Below, in pieces: positions 30,136-42,602 of a stretch of 58,548 nt of DNA. How positions within the stretch are numbered: position 1 is the stretch's first letter; every line of letters begins with the position of its first letter. This DNA comes from a virus (taxonomy: Duplodnaviria > Heunggongvirae > Uroviricota > Caudoviricetes), in IMG/VR virus record IMGVR_UViG_3300031555_007106. The stretch is one strand, 5' to 3'. Made by a program: the position numbers and the translations under genes. Under the pieces are notes generated by a model. The model worked only from the letters and a program-made list of their open reading frames with translations, was not told the DNA's origin and ran no database searches.

Positions 30136-33100
30136 TCAACTTTCCATTATTCTGTAAGGTGTTATCTCATAACAGGACCCAAGCTTATTATTGTTGTAAT
30201 CGCTGCACGATAGATAAACTTCGTCATATAAACCTTTGTTTATACTGATATAACAACAAATCTGAAGTTCGGTAGAGTCTGCCATATAATATACTGGATA
30301 TTTGCAGTTATTACCGATTCCATGAGCATGCTCCACAGTGTCACCGACTGAAAAATCATACTTCGAAAGATATTTGTTAAGTTTTTCTTTCAGAAGATGT
30401 GATTGAATGCGGTCTATACCATAATCGTATCTTGTAATGTCTTTAAGTTCTTTTGAACCACGACTAAAACATCTTAGAAAATCGGGTAGAAGTTCTGCTA
30501 CGAAACGACTTTGCTTAGCATCATCATATACTATTCTCATATTTTCTTTCCTTTCATTTAATTCGATGTTACCATTTCATCAATTCTTTCAATTACGGAA
30601 TCGATATTTTTATAAACGAGACTTTCGTCATCATCTATAAAGAATTCCATTCCAAATCTTCCAAAACTCCAACCCATTTCGCCTGTTACCAAATGTTCGT
30701 TATATTCATATGTTGTTCGACGGTCTTTTGGGAATTCCCAATGCCATCGTGAATTATCGACATCTACAATAAATGTGCCATCTGATGTCATTTTACACAA
30801 AATTTTTCTTTGAGATTTATCATTTCCCTCAAGATTAAATTCATGTTCAATATCAGCACATTCAATATCTGAATCATAGATAAGAGCCTGAAGGTCATCA
30901 TCAGGAGTAAGTTCAAGACTTACCATAGGATGATTTCCGAGTGATTCCATAGTATCTGAAATTAATTCAATTCTGATACCTTTGTACCCATCTTCGTTTT
31001 CATAAGCATAAGCCACAAGAGTGCCCTTTTTCGTTTTAAGTTCAATTGTTTCCATATTATTTCCTTTCTTACTGCATAGAGTCAATCCACTTATAGAACG
31101 CTGTTTCAAATATTTCAAATTCCTTTAGGAATTTTTTCATATCGCGTAAACTTGGAAGAGCAGCTTCGCCTGTTCCCTGATGTCTTGAGATAATTTCATC
31201 CTTATTAACGCAAAAATCCCAATTGCCGCAGGCACCGCCGTTAACAATTCCTACATATGCAATTTTGTTATATGGAGATTCGCCTGTCTTGTACCAGCCT
31301 CGCTTACAGTACATAAAACCCACATGATGATAGATTCCATCTGCGAAGAAATCATAGTCACATCCTTCGGAATTGTAGCCATAATCTCTCACTTCATAAG
31401 CTGAAGGAAACTTTATTTTCTTGTCAATACATTCGTTGGCCACGATAATAAGTGCATTAATTCTGTCACCTAATGCTTTGACATTTTCAATTGCCTCAGC
31501 AATTTCTTCCTGAAGGTTCTTTTCCTTTTTTATTGCAGCTTCTTTATCTTTTTCAGCCTTATTACCAATAATGGCAAGTCTTTCTTCTAATGTCACAACT
31601 TTATCCTCCTGTTCATTTTTCTTTTTATAATCTTCCATACATATATTTCTTATCTCTCTGAGCATCTCAAATAATGATTCTCTGCTTATTTCGCAAGAAT
31701 GAAGTTCGCAAGGGGTTGAATTAATATCATCAATCACATGAATTGAATAAAATTGTTCGTCCTCACGGAGACCATCTGTTTCTTTTGTAACCTGAACCGC
31801 TAAATCATTATCATCTACAGACAGAATGGAATAATAATAACTCTGATATTCGCCATAGCCATTAATATTATTCCCTTTGTCAATATCCGAAAGAATATCA
31901 TCGACTATATCGACAATATCCGGGACTTCAATTGATTTCCTTTTCGCAACGACCATTTTACCTTCAGAACTATAATTAAAGTAAATATTATTCACTTCCG
32001 CAGCAAGCCATTGTGCAAGCTTTGTAGCAAGGTAATCGTTATTCTTATCGATATCAATAATTTCAAGATAAGGAGAACCACAATTATCCCCCTTTAATCT
32101 AACTATGCCGATATTTTCCTTTTTCCATCGGATATTACCTTCTGTGTAGTAAAACTTTGCAGTTTCTCGTTTAATTTTTCTTGGGGCTTCTGTTACTACT
32201 GTTCTGCTTGTGAATATGTACGAAGCTCTTGTAATGTTCATATTATTTTCCTTCCATTTATCAAGTGAATTTCGTTTTTCTTGGCATTTAAACTTTGGTA
32301 TACACGCTGAATTCATCTGCAAAACCATTAGAAGTTTCAAGTTCTAAACCCGGTTCATCTGCATCAGCATTATAAAACGGTTTGTTTTCGACTGTACTTA
32401 AGAAAAAGTCGTCTCCAACTTTCACATAAACCTTATCTCCGGGCTGAAGTGCGAGAAAATTAGCGTGTGAGATTTTCTGAAAAACCTCAGTTCGATACGA
32501 ATTCGCCATATCAAATTCAAACGGCTCCACATTGATATGATAATCATATCCCTGAATAACGGCAGGTTTATCATCAGCAAAAAGCTTTAAAAAAGCAGCC
32601 TTACTTAATCTTCGGGGAGTATAATCTCTATCAATTTCTTCTTCATATTTCATTTCTTCATACACAGACATATACGCTTCGTAAGCGTCAGTGTTTCTCT
32701 GTGTGGGAGAAATAAACAACTCTGCTTTGCACATTTTTTCTTTTGGTGTTAATTCGCAATCTGAATTAGCCACAATAAAACCGTATAATTTCATAATCAT
32801 TTTCCTTTCTTTATGCATTAGATTGTAAACAAGAGTTTCTTTCAGTAGCTTTTTTTCGCCAATCAAGTTCAACTTTACCAGTTCCTACATAGAGAATTTC
32901 GAAGTCAGAAGGGATATATTTCTTCTTTCTATATTCGTGAACACCCTCTACTTTCCAAAATGGCGTTTTAAATTGATACGAAGGAGGATACTTAACACAA
33001 ATTGTCTTCTTTTCGAGTCCATAAGAGATTACAGAACCAATAGGAAGCGTATTAAGATTTATCCCTTCTTTCTTTCGCCTTATGTTTTCCCAACATCTTT

Positions 33101-33494
33101 CCCGCCAGCCAATAGCGAATTCATGTGGGGTAGGAGATAAAAGCTTGAGAATCGATTCAGGACACTTATCTTCACAAGGACCTTCGCTTTCATCCATGTC
33201 TTTGTATCCGAAATCATAATAGCTACGCTTATTTGTGCTTGTTAAAAACACTGCTGCAAACACTCTCTGTTCATTTTCGGGAATGGGAACGTATATCCAT
33301 TCACCTTTTTCATTTTTCTGCCCTTTTCTTAAAGCTTTTACTGCCGCATAATAGGTTGTTCCCACCATAGCAGATTTAAGAACCGCGTAATGTCCGGCAT
33401 TTAAGCCTTCCATGAAATAAGCATCACATTCAGCTTTGCGGTCAATCTGACCATTTTCCTTATAATACGACGCTCTATAAGTTGTCCATCCCAT
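30136..33494 (-). CDS. 5 hypothetical proteins (30136-30540, 30558-~31055, 31069-32241, 32288-~32800, 32811-33494)
   Basis: Packed ORFs. 32811 resembles DUF6927 (FGYKDMDESEGP..DKCPESILKLLSP). Confidence 0.7.
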
Positions 33495-33623
33495 GATAAA
33501 TTTCCTTTCATTATAATAAAGTCAATATTTAACACTCCATAACGTCAGTAAAATATTGCTACTAATAGTATGGTGAAAAAGTCATAAAACAAAAAAGCCC
33601 GCCAAAGCGAGCTTTTATTGACT

Positions 33624-36600
33624 TTATTTTTCGCAAAAATTCAACGCCTGACCGCAAACACGGCAGTAATTTGCACTACTGTCTTCCACTGAATAACAAC
33701 GAGGACATACACCTTTATATGTATCGCCTGTGTAATGCGAGTGATGTTTATACACTCGCATAGCAGTCTGCTTTTCAATAGCCGTTTTAATGTTTTCTGA
33801 GGCGTTTTCCGCTTCCAAAGTTTTGTTAAACAACAATTCCTCAAGTATCCTGTTTATTACTGGGAAAATGATACGCTGTTCTTCTTCTCCATATTGTTCG
33901 CGGATTTCCTCGATAATATCGCTAATCTTGTTGTTGAGGCTGGAGACCAAAACAACTTCATTTGCCTTCAAATTGCATACTCCTTTCACTTAACGTAGCC
34001 GATATTTCTCTTATGCTCTCGAACGAAAATCATCGTTATCGGGATTTTCAATGGCATTTGCCATACGCAATGCTGCTTTTCCAAGATAACGAAGTGTATC
34101 AGCATTTCCGCAAGCTTCAAGCCAGTTAAATATGTCGTTTGCTGAAAGTTCAACCTTAACTTCTGCCTGTAATTCAACTTGTTTGCGGATACATTGACTT
34201 CTCGTTTCAAGCTTATTGACAGTTGTTGCAAAACATACCTTTTCATCATTTTTTTCCATTGGCTTTTCTTTTACCTCTTTCTGTGTATCGTTATTATCTT
34301 TACACTTTTCTTTAATCTTTATCGCGTGTTCCATAATAGCTTTCTTCGGGATGATATGTTTACAATGCTCATCGAAATATACAGTCCATGGAGACCCTTC
34401 CCCGTTTGTCATTTCTATCAACTGTTCGCAATTAAGTTTATTAAGAAATTTAAGAATAACATCTACTATTGAGATTGTAAGAGGGCTGAGTTCCTGTGTG
34501 TATGGTTCAATAAGATATAAATCGCACAGCCCATACGTCATATATTCATAATAAACATCAGGAACAACAGGGCCTAATCCCCAAGCCTCGAAATCTTCTT
34601 CGAAAAGAAAATCTCCGAAAACTTGAATAAGATACAAATATCTTTGTAATCTCCAAGAGTTTATTGGAGTTTTTTCTTGATTACACTTATGAATGATATA
34701 TTTAGCTATTTTAAGAGCCATTCTGTTCCCCTTTCATCTCATAGGGTATTTTAAGAGTGATGCGATACTTTCTTCCCATCATAATAACCTGTGTATCGCC
34801 AATTCTTTCTGTTAAATATCCCATAGCCATAGCATAGCCATCAATCCAACCGGATAGATATTTTCTGTGTCCGTCATCAAAAGCCATTTTTTTATTAATT
34901 GTAACCCCAAGATTGAGGTATTCGCACCATCTTCCTATGTAACAGCCCAGCTTAACCTCATCTTCAGTATTTTCGCCAATATAATTCAATATATCAGCCG
35001 GATTAAGAAGCATATACTGGTCATGCTTATGCAGTTCAAGCGTTACATCAATCATCTTTGACATTATCGTACCCTTCTCTTTCTTCGTTTTTAAAACTTA
35101 CACCTCTGCATTTTCCGTTCTCGTCCAGATGAATGCTATCTCTTTCACAATATCCATAATCATTATATTCGCAATCATCACATTTGCAAAATATATTCAC
35201 ATTAGTCATCTTCGCCATATTTACCATCCCTATATAATGCGCATTGTACTTCATAAACGTGCAGTAAGCTGTTATAAGCAAAGTGATTGAAGAGTTCAAT
35301 CATATCCTTATTACTCGTCATTCCCTTCATAGCCTTTGCAAATAAAGGGGTATGAGTGCCTGTATAAACAGCAAGCTGATTTATCGCCATAGCAAAGTTT
35401 TCTGCGGTCTCTGTAAAAAACAGAGTTTCGTCATTCAGGATAAATAAATACTTATGCTTATCAGACGGCACAGATACACCATTATCTATGAGATAGCTCG
35501 ACAGGAACTCGTGAGGCTTAATCTCTGTATTTTCTGATGAACCATAAGCGGCTAAGCCGTCTTTGATAAGGTTAGCAAGGGTTTCATTAGCCATTGTTCT
35601 TCTCTCTTTCCAGTACGTTGTTTGCTTCTTTATAGGTTAAGAATACGGTATCACCTATATTTTTTTCTTCAAAGGTGCAATTGCAGTCCCACGAAGAATT
35701 CAGCATTTTGGCGTTATACCATATTTCCGTCTCACTCTCGCTTTGACGGTAATTAACACTTGTAACCTTAAAAGCCTTAAATTCCCCTTCTCCTGCAAAT
35801 TCTCTTACATAGACATCATCACCTGCGTTAAGAGAAGGGAATCTCTTTGCCGGCCCTTCTGCCCCGAATTTCTTAACAAGCTCGTCAATTACAATATGTG
35901 TTTCAATTTTATCATACGCATAATGCTCATAATCGCCTGTGTCATAAACGACTTCGACAAGCTTATCTTCTAATTCTTCTACAAATGCTTTTACAGCTTC
36001 AGATTTTGCCATTTTAAGCTGTCGCATTGCTTCGCTGCAACGCATCATATAGGAATTTTTCTCGGCAACGGCTACATCAAATCCTATTTGGAAATTTTCG
36101 AGTTTTTTCTGCCAACGTTCGATTTCCACTGTTTGACCGTTAATAGCATCAAGAATTTCGCCGATTATTTCATGTTTATAGGAATCTGCAGACGCTTCTT
36201 TTCTGAATTGTTCAAGCTTTTCAAGCAGCTTATTTACTTTTTCAGTTAATTTTTCTGTTTCTCTTATGCTCATTATTCATCCTTCTTTCTTACAAAACCC
36301 ACGCCATTTCCCACGAGATATTCAGCTACTAAGTCATACATTTCATGTTCTTCAAAAAGGTTAATCGTAAATTTTGTTACAGGCTCTCCATCGGAATTAC
36401 AAACAGTCTGCTCAATAACGCACAGAGCAAGAAGTTCTGATAATTTCTCCTTCGTTTCTTCAGGAGATAGCTGAACAACTTCACTTTTAAAGTGTTTACA
36501 TACGCTTTGCGATACTGTGTGGTTATTTCGACGTTTATCGTCGCACACTATACGGTGGCTGCACTGCTTGCATGAAGGCTTGCTCTGTTTCTGTACTTCC

Positions 36601-38461
36601 GCTTTCATATAAGCGTCAAGTTCTTTTATAGTATCCTGCCTTGATTTTTCCTTTTCCATTAATTCTTCATCTGTCATATTTTTAATCCTTTCTTATTTAT
36701 CTTTTTTATTATACGCACAAAAATTTAGGGGTGTAAATAACACTGTCGCTCACAGCGGTTATTTCATTTACCGCCTTTGCAATAATTTCGATAACACAAC
36801 TGTAAAAGTCACAAAAATTATTATTAAAGATGCTTGTAGATGTAATTCTTATAACACTTGGATTATAAAAATTTTCTTGAGGCTTAATAACAGCTAATAG
36901 TGCCTCTTCTAAATTAGTAGGCGACAATGTTTTAAAAGCATTGTAATCAATTGTTGTTATTTTACTTCCCTTTTCCTCAAGCTCCTTAAATATGCTACTT
37001 TGAGAGTTAAACGGGTCAAAAATAACAAAAAAATTCTTATTTTCCCCAGTATCTTCAATATCCTCATACTTTATTTCTTTGTTGTGTTTTTCGTTTTTAA
37101 TTTCAACCTTATGAAATTCTGTAAGAGATTTAATTGCATATGTACAAAACTTATTTTTTCTTTTGTACTTTTTTATTAAATTTTCAGCGTATACTACAGC
37201 TTTCTTATCAGACGTTTCCTTAAAACGAACCTTAAATTCTTGGGTAGTCGATGTGCAACTGTTTGTTTCAATTCCCATCAAGACATATGTGTGATTCATT
37301 GCCATTCCCTTCTTATTCTTTGGTGTTCTTATCCTTAAACTTAGACGAAAAGTATGTATCAAACGTTTTATCAATTGAATCTCTGATAGTTCGATATCCA
37401 TTGATATAGAAATGTACAAGCTCCTCTTCTGTCATATCATGGTCACAAGCAGTATGGAACATCATATTCCCATCTTTAGATACCGTAATATGATGATTGG
37501 GACCACACTGAGATATAATGTGTCCATCATACTTAACGCATTTATCTCTATCGCTCATACGAGCACTTCCTCTCTTTTCACATACATAAGAATGAGGGCG
37601 TATGTGACAATTCTCCATAAGTAACCGTTTTTATATCTTTTGCTATAGCTCCAACTACTTCACTGTAAAAATCAAAGAAATCTGCATCAGGTGCTGTACC
37701 ACCTGTTGTAACTCTGACAAAACAGTGATGGTAAAAGTTTATACGAGGCTGGACGGCTTCTAAAACATCATGCACTCGCCTTTCATGATTTAAATCTTTA
37801 AAATCATGATAATTAAGCTCGATTATTTTATAGCCTTCTTTCTTGTAAACATCCATGAACATACTCGGAAGCTCTTCTGATGTGTCAATCTCGATTATAT
37901 TCTTCACCAGACCATTCTTGAATGTTTCTTCGTCAATCTTTACACTTCTCTTTTTATTTTCCTTGTTCATTATGTTTTTCCTTTCTTATGCATTGATTCT
38001 TGTGATATCTACGTCGCGAATTTCTGTAAGAGATACAGCAACATAGGTGCAATCCGGGCTCTGCTTTTTATAATCATTAAGCAGATTTTTTGCATACATT
38101 ACTGCTCTTTCATCTGTGAATTCCTCAAAACGTGCTTCAAATTCCTGTGAAAATAAAGTACAGTCGCTTGATGCGATTGCTTTTAATATGTATGTATGAC
38201 TCATTTTTAGTTTCCTTTCTATGCTTAAATGCTTAATCGTTCCATAAGAACACTACCTATAGCACTTTTAATTTCTTCATCTCCATAGTTATAGTCATGG
38301 CTATCTTCAATAGCTGTAATAACTTCATCCATGAAGCTTACTCCGTTCTCGTTTTCAAGAGCAAGTATGTCGGATGCGTACGCAGAGCCTACTGCAGCCC
38401 CGAGAGTCATCTCAATTTCGCTCTTAATAATATTTCTTTCAGTCTCAAATGTAATTTTCAT
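33624..38461 (-). CDS. Module of 12 ORFs (33624-33989, 34011-34721, 34711-35064, 35048-35218, 35202-35594, 35587-36273, 36273-36677, 36709-37305, 37313-37558, 37578-37970, 37986-38204, 38225-38461)
   Basis: Overlapping stop/start junctions and RBSs; some starts trimmed relative to the ORF track. Confidence 0.7.
34011..34721 (-). CDS. Panacea (SocA/DUF4065) antitoxin-domain protein
   Basis: IAKYII...RLQRYLY...FEEDFEAWGLGPVVPDVY...SPW. Confidence 0.8.
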   Translation of the reverse strand: MALKIAKYIIHKCNQEKTPINSWRLQRYLYLIQVFGDFLFEEDFEAWGLGPVVPDVYYEYMTYGLCDLYLIEPYTQELSPLTISIVDVILKFLNKLNCEQLIEMTNGEGSPWTVYFDEHCKHIIPKKAIMEHAIKIKEKCKDNNDTQKEVKEKPMEKNDEKVCFATTVNKLETRSQCIRKQVELQAEVKVELSANDIFNWLEACGNADTLRYLGKAALRMANAIENPDNDDFRSRA

Positions 38462-38480
38462 TTCTTTTTCCCTTCTTTTT

Positions 38481-38966
38481 TTAATATGAATCCTTACCCT
38501 CAAGACTTTCGTCGTTAATAATCCATTCATTAACACTAATAATCTTGTAATTGCGCTTATCTTCACGCACAATAACTTTCTTGATACCGGCGTTTAAGAT
38601 AAGTCTCTTACACATTGAACAAGGTTCTACGTTGCCAACAAGCTCGCCCGTTTTTGCATCATGACAAGCAAGGTAAATAGTTCCGCCAATCATTTCAGCA
38701 CGTGAAGCAGAGATGATTGCATTTGCTTCTGCATGAACAGAACGACAAAGCTCGTAACGTTCACCACGAGGAATGTTGAGTTGTTCTCTCACACACCCTA
38801 CATCGCAACAGTTTTTGCGGCCACGAGGGGCTCCGTTATAACCTGTAGAAATGATTTCGTCATCTTTGACAAGAATTGCACCGAACTGACGACGAATACA
38901 AGTGCTGCGTTCGCAAACTGTTTCCGCGATATCAAGATAATAGTTAATTTTATCTCTTCTTTCCAT
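38481..38966 (-). CDS. dCMP deaminase (ComEB-like)
   Basis: STGYNGAPRG, HAEANAI, PCSMC zinc motifs. Confidence 0.92.
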   Translation of the reverse strand: MERRDKINYYLDIAETVCERSTCIRRQFGAILVKDDEIISTGYNGAPRGRKNCCDVGCVREQLNIPRGERYELCRSVHAEANAIISASRAEMIGGTIYLACHDAKTGELVGNVEPCSMCKRLILNAGIKKVIVREDKRNYKIISVNEWIINDESLEGKDSY

Positions 38967-39077
38967 TATTTTTTCTCCTTTTATTTTGATGTAATAAAGT
39001 CAATATTTAATACTCCATAACGTCAGTAAAATATTGCTATTTATAGTATGATTGAAAAGCTGTAAAACAAGAAGAAT

Positions 39078-39165
39078 GTATATTTCGTTTTTATTACGAA
39101 AATTTCGTTTGGCGATAAATAATTTTCGTTTAATAACAAAGAAATTTCGCTAAAACGAAATATAC
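39078..39165. repeat. 88-bp element bounded by a perfect 14-bp inverted repeat with internal TTTCG/CGAAA units
   Basis: GTATATTTCGTTTT (39078-39091) and AAAACGAAATATAC (39152-39165). Confidence 0.8.
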
Positions 39166-39243
39166 GCATTTTCAGAACTGTTTAAAACTGCAATATACGC
39201 AAAAAAGCCCGCACACGGCAGGCTTTTTTATTTATTGACTTTA

Positions 39244-42200
39244 TTAATTGATTGAAATGATTTCCCAAGTCCAGATGTATTCTTCATTGCACGAAGTTAC
39301 AACAGCTGTACCGTCGTCGATTTCAATTGTAGCGAAATTTTCGCTGTTTCCGTTGTCATTTTCCTCATTATAAACGCTGTTAGCATCCTTTTTAATGAAT
39401 TCAAATGCGTCATTCCAATTCGAAAAAGTATCGGTACTTGCAATGTTTCTTTCGTGTATAGCATAACAAATAACAATGTATTTCATATCGTTTTCCTTTC
39501 TACTTTAGCATTCGTAACACTTTTATCAATAACCCTGCCAAAGAACATACCCACCGGTTAACATTTCTGTTAATACTAATCCGTTAAGCTGGTTGCCGCT
39601 TCCGTCGTAAATCTCCGCAGAACGACCGTAGTAATTATTGAAACATTCCGGATAAGCTTCTCTGGAACCATCTTCTTCATGAAGGTCTTCCTTTGTTCGC
39701 TGAACACTATCAGGATAATTTTCTTCGAGCCACTTAAGAGCAGCTTCTTCGTTTCTGAACAACATTAACGGTTCGTACACATCTTGCGTTCTGTAAATTC
39801 CGTCCATTCCTTCAACGAAACCGGGAATATTTTCATGGCGAACCTTACTTTTGCTGGATATATCAAGTACATCTACTGTACCATCAAGATAAGCCTTTTC
39901 TTCTAGGGTAAGCACCTTACTCATAATAAAAATCCTTTCGTTACATTGAATCTCCCAAATAAGCATTACAGTAACGGCAGAAACTGGATAAAATCCCAAC
40001 TTCCTTCTTACAATTACCACAATAATAACGCTTAACAGCAGAATGTCGTTCTCTTTTTGCTTGAATAAACGGTATTTGCTCGATTTGCAAACCAGAAGCA
40101 TCTTGACATATTCCTTTATTTTTACAGAATATACGCTTAGCCTCATCTTCATTTTCAGCAAATATACATTTTTTGTCGCTTAAATAAGTACACTTAAAAA
40201 GAAAAATCGGATTATAGTTCATTATATACCTTTCCCTTTCAAATGTAAAGATTATTCAACGAAACTGCAATCATCTTCCGTAACTTCGTTATCGCTTCCA
40301 GATACGTATGTGAGAGTTCCAAGCGGAATGTTACTCATATTATCATTAATGTATTCCGCAGCTTCTTCAAGAGAAGTAATTTCATCAGGGACTTCAACAA
40401 CAGCCGTATAGGTAGCCATACAGGTAATTGTAGCGTTTACTTTCTTCATAATTTTCTCCTTATTCATAAACATTTTGCTGTGCTTTTAACTCTGCTCCAC
40501 ACATAGGGCAGAACTTAATAGTAATTCTACTGTCGAATTTACCTGACAGCGTATTACCATAAATGATTGCGATATTATCGCTGCCATTTGTAGCTTCCTC
40601 AGGTAACATTTCGCCGGCACAAGCACAAAAATCTGTCTTTTTCATAGTGCAGTATTCGCACATATCATTTTACCTCTTTCTCAAATTCCCAAAAGTTTAT
40701 CCCAAAGCTCATTCTCGGTGTTAACATCGATATTATTCATTTGACAATAAATATCGATAGCACGAATAAACTCTCCTCGCATTTCATTATCGACACTAAC
40801 ATATATAGAATCGAATACCATGCCGTCGTATACACACGTTTCAATCCAACTATGTCCTTCTGTATCGGTAGGACCAGTAGTATTAACACATACATATTCT
40901 CTTGCAATCTTTTCGATTATACGCATTTCAGGAGTTGCATCTTCGGGAAGAATACTCTTAAGAGGCATATTAATTCGATTTAACACGATTCGATAGAGAG
41001 AAACCCCAAGTTCACGGTTAAGAATACGAATAACCGTTTCTATTTTCTCTGTTTCTTCTGAAGATAAACTGAAAAGCTCTCTGAGAACATAGAATTCTGT
41101 TATAAATTCGTACTTTGAAAGTCTTTCCCAGAGGTCTTCGTAGTCAACCACAGGAATATCAACAGGTCGCAAATCGAGTCCTTCATAAAGGACGTTGTTG
41201 ATAGCAAGTGCCGTCTCCCAAGACATTTCGATTCCTAATATATTCTGAATCGCCTGCCATTCATCAAAATCGATAGAGCAGAGGTTATTTTCCACTGCAT
41301 AAGCGACTTGTGACTGACGAGGATGATTAAGAAACCATCCAAATACGTTTTCGTGAACATATCGGGGAGAACAACACTCTTTTTCAGCCTTTTTTGTCTC
41401 AGTGTCAGTTGTCCGACAAGTAATTACGTCGAAAACGTCTTCTGATTCGTAAGTAATGCCAATTCCCTGATTAAGGCAATACTGAATAATTTCTTCTTTT
41501 GTTACAAAACTCATATTATTTTCCTTTCTTTAATCATTCTTTTCAAAATCCGAACATTTTCTTAAGAAGAGCAAAGGCAGTCTATCCCACCAAACAAGTG
41601 AACGATTATGTTTATTACAGGTTGCGTTACCTGATAATTCACTATATTCACAGTGTTTGCAATGATAGCAGCATTCAGTTTTAAACTCTCTTAATTCAGG
41701 GTTATCATTGCACAAATTAATGATTCTTTCTCTAAGCTGCTCACACATATCGTATTTTTTATTATGCGCGAGAGCAATAAGAGTTTCTTCAACTTTCCAC
41801 ATACAACGCCCTTCAATATACGATTGGCAATCGGTTTTATCGCATTTAATTGTGATAGGAACGTTAATTTCAGTGGCCTCACTCCACATATGCTCAGGAT
41901 AAGATACTGCTTTGCATGAAACACATTCAAAGCATCCATCTTCAGAATAGTTAAATTCTTTTCCTCCGCAATCTGGACACGCAAGTTCAATTTTAACCAT
42001 AGTATTTTTCCTTTCTTATTTGTAAATTAATCCTGAGCCCACATCAGACTGTATAAGCGTTCTTTTTCTCTGATTGCTCCAATATGTTTTTCTGTTAACT
42101 CTGCAAAGGACTTTATCTCGTCATACTCAACATCAAACAAAGCGAAAAGTAATATCTGTTTAGAGTCTATCTCTCCTTTCTCATCATGTACAATCTTAAA

Positions 42201-42410
42201 TTCAATAAACGGACGGCTAACAAGCAAATCCGCTGAATCTCCGATTGTAATGATTTCAACAAGGTCGTCAGATATTCTTTTATAATAAGAATTAAACAGG
42301 ATTACATTGCGAGCATAAACGCGTTCTCCCTTTTTTCTTGAATAAAACTCAGGCTTTACCTCTCCAAAAATTCTTCCTAAAATCTTTTCCATAATAATTT
42401 TTCCTTTCAA
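39244..42410 (-). CDS. Module of 8 hypothetical proteins (39244-39486, 39526-39924, 39941-40222, 40252-40473, 40460-40663, 40681-41514, 41530-42000, 42027-~42392)
   Basis: Packed ORFs with RBSs; several zinc ribbons. Confidence 0.7.
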
Positions 42411-42602
42411 TTTGAAAATAAAGTCAATATTAAAACTCCATAACGTCAGTAAAATATTGCTACTAATAGTATGGTAAAAAAGCTGTAAAACAAAAAAGCC
42501 CGCCGAAGCGAGCTTTTCTTTCTTATATTGGCTTTATCTTTCATTGTTTTAATTCTTGCTTTTTTGATATGCGTTTATATTCCCTGCAAATCTCTTTTGA
42601 TG

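Noticed and set aside
32495-32505. 11-nt match of spacer D3 (ATACGAATTCG) inside a hypothetical gene
   Set aside because: A match this short is expected by chance with 18 spacers over 58 kb. I found no full-length self-match by eye; a computational search is needed.
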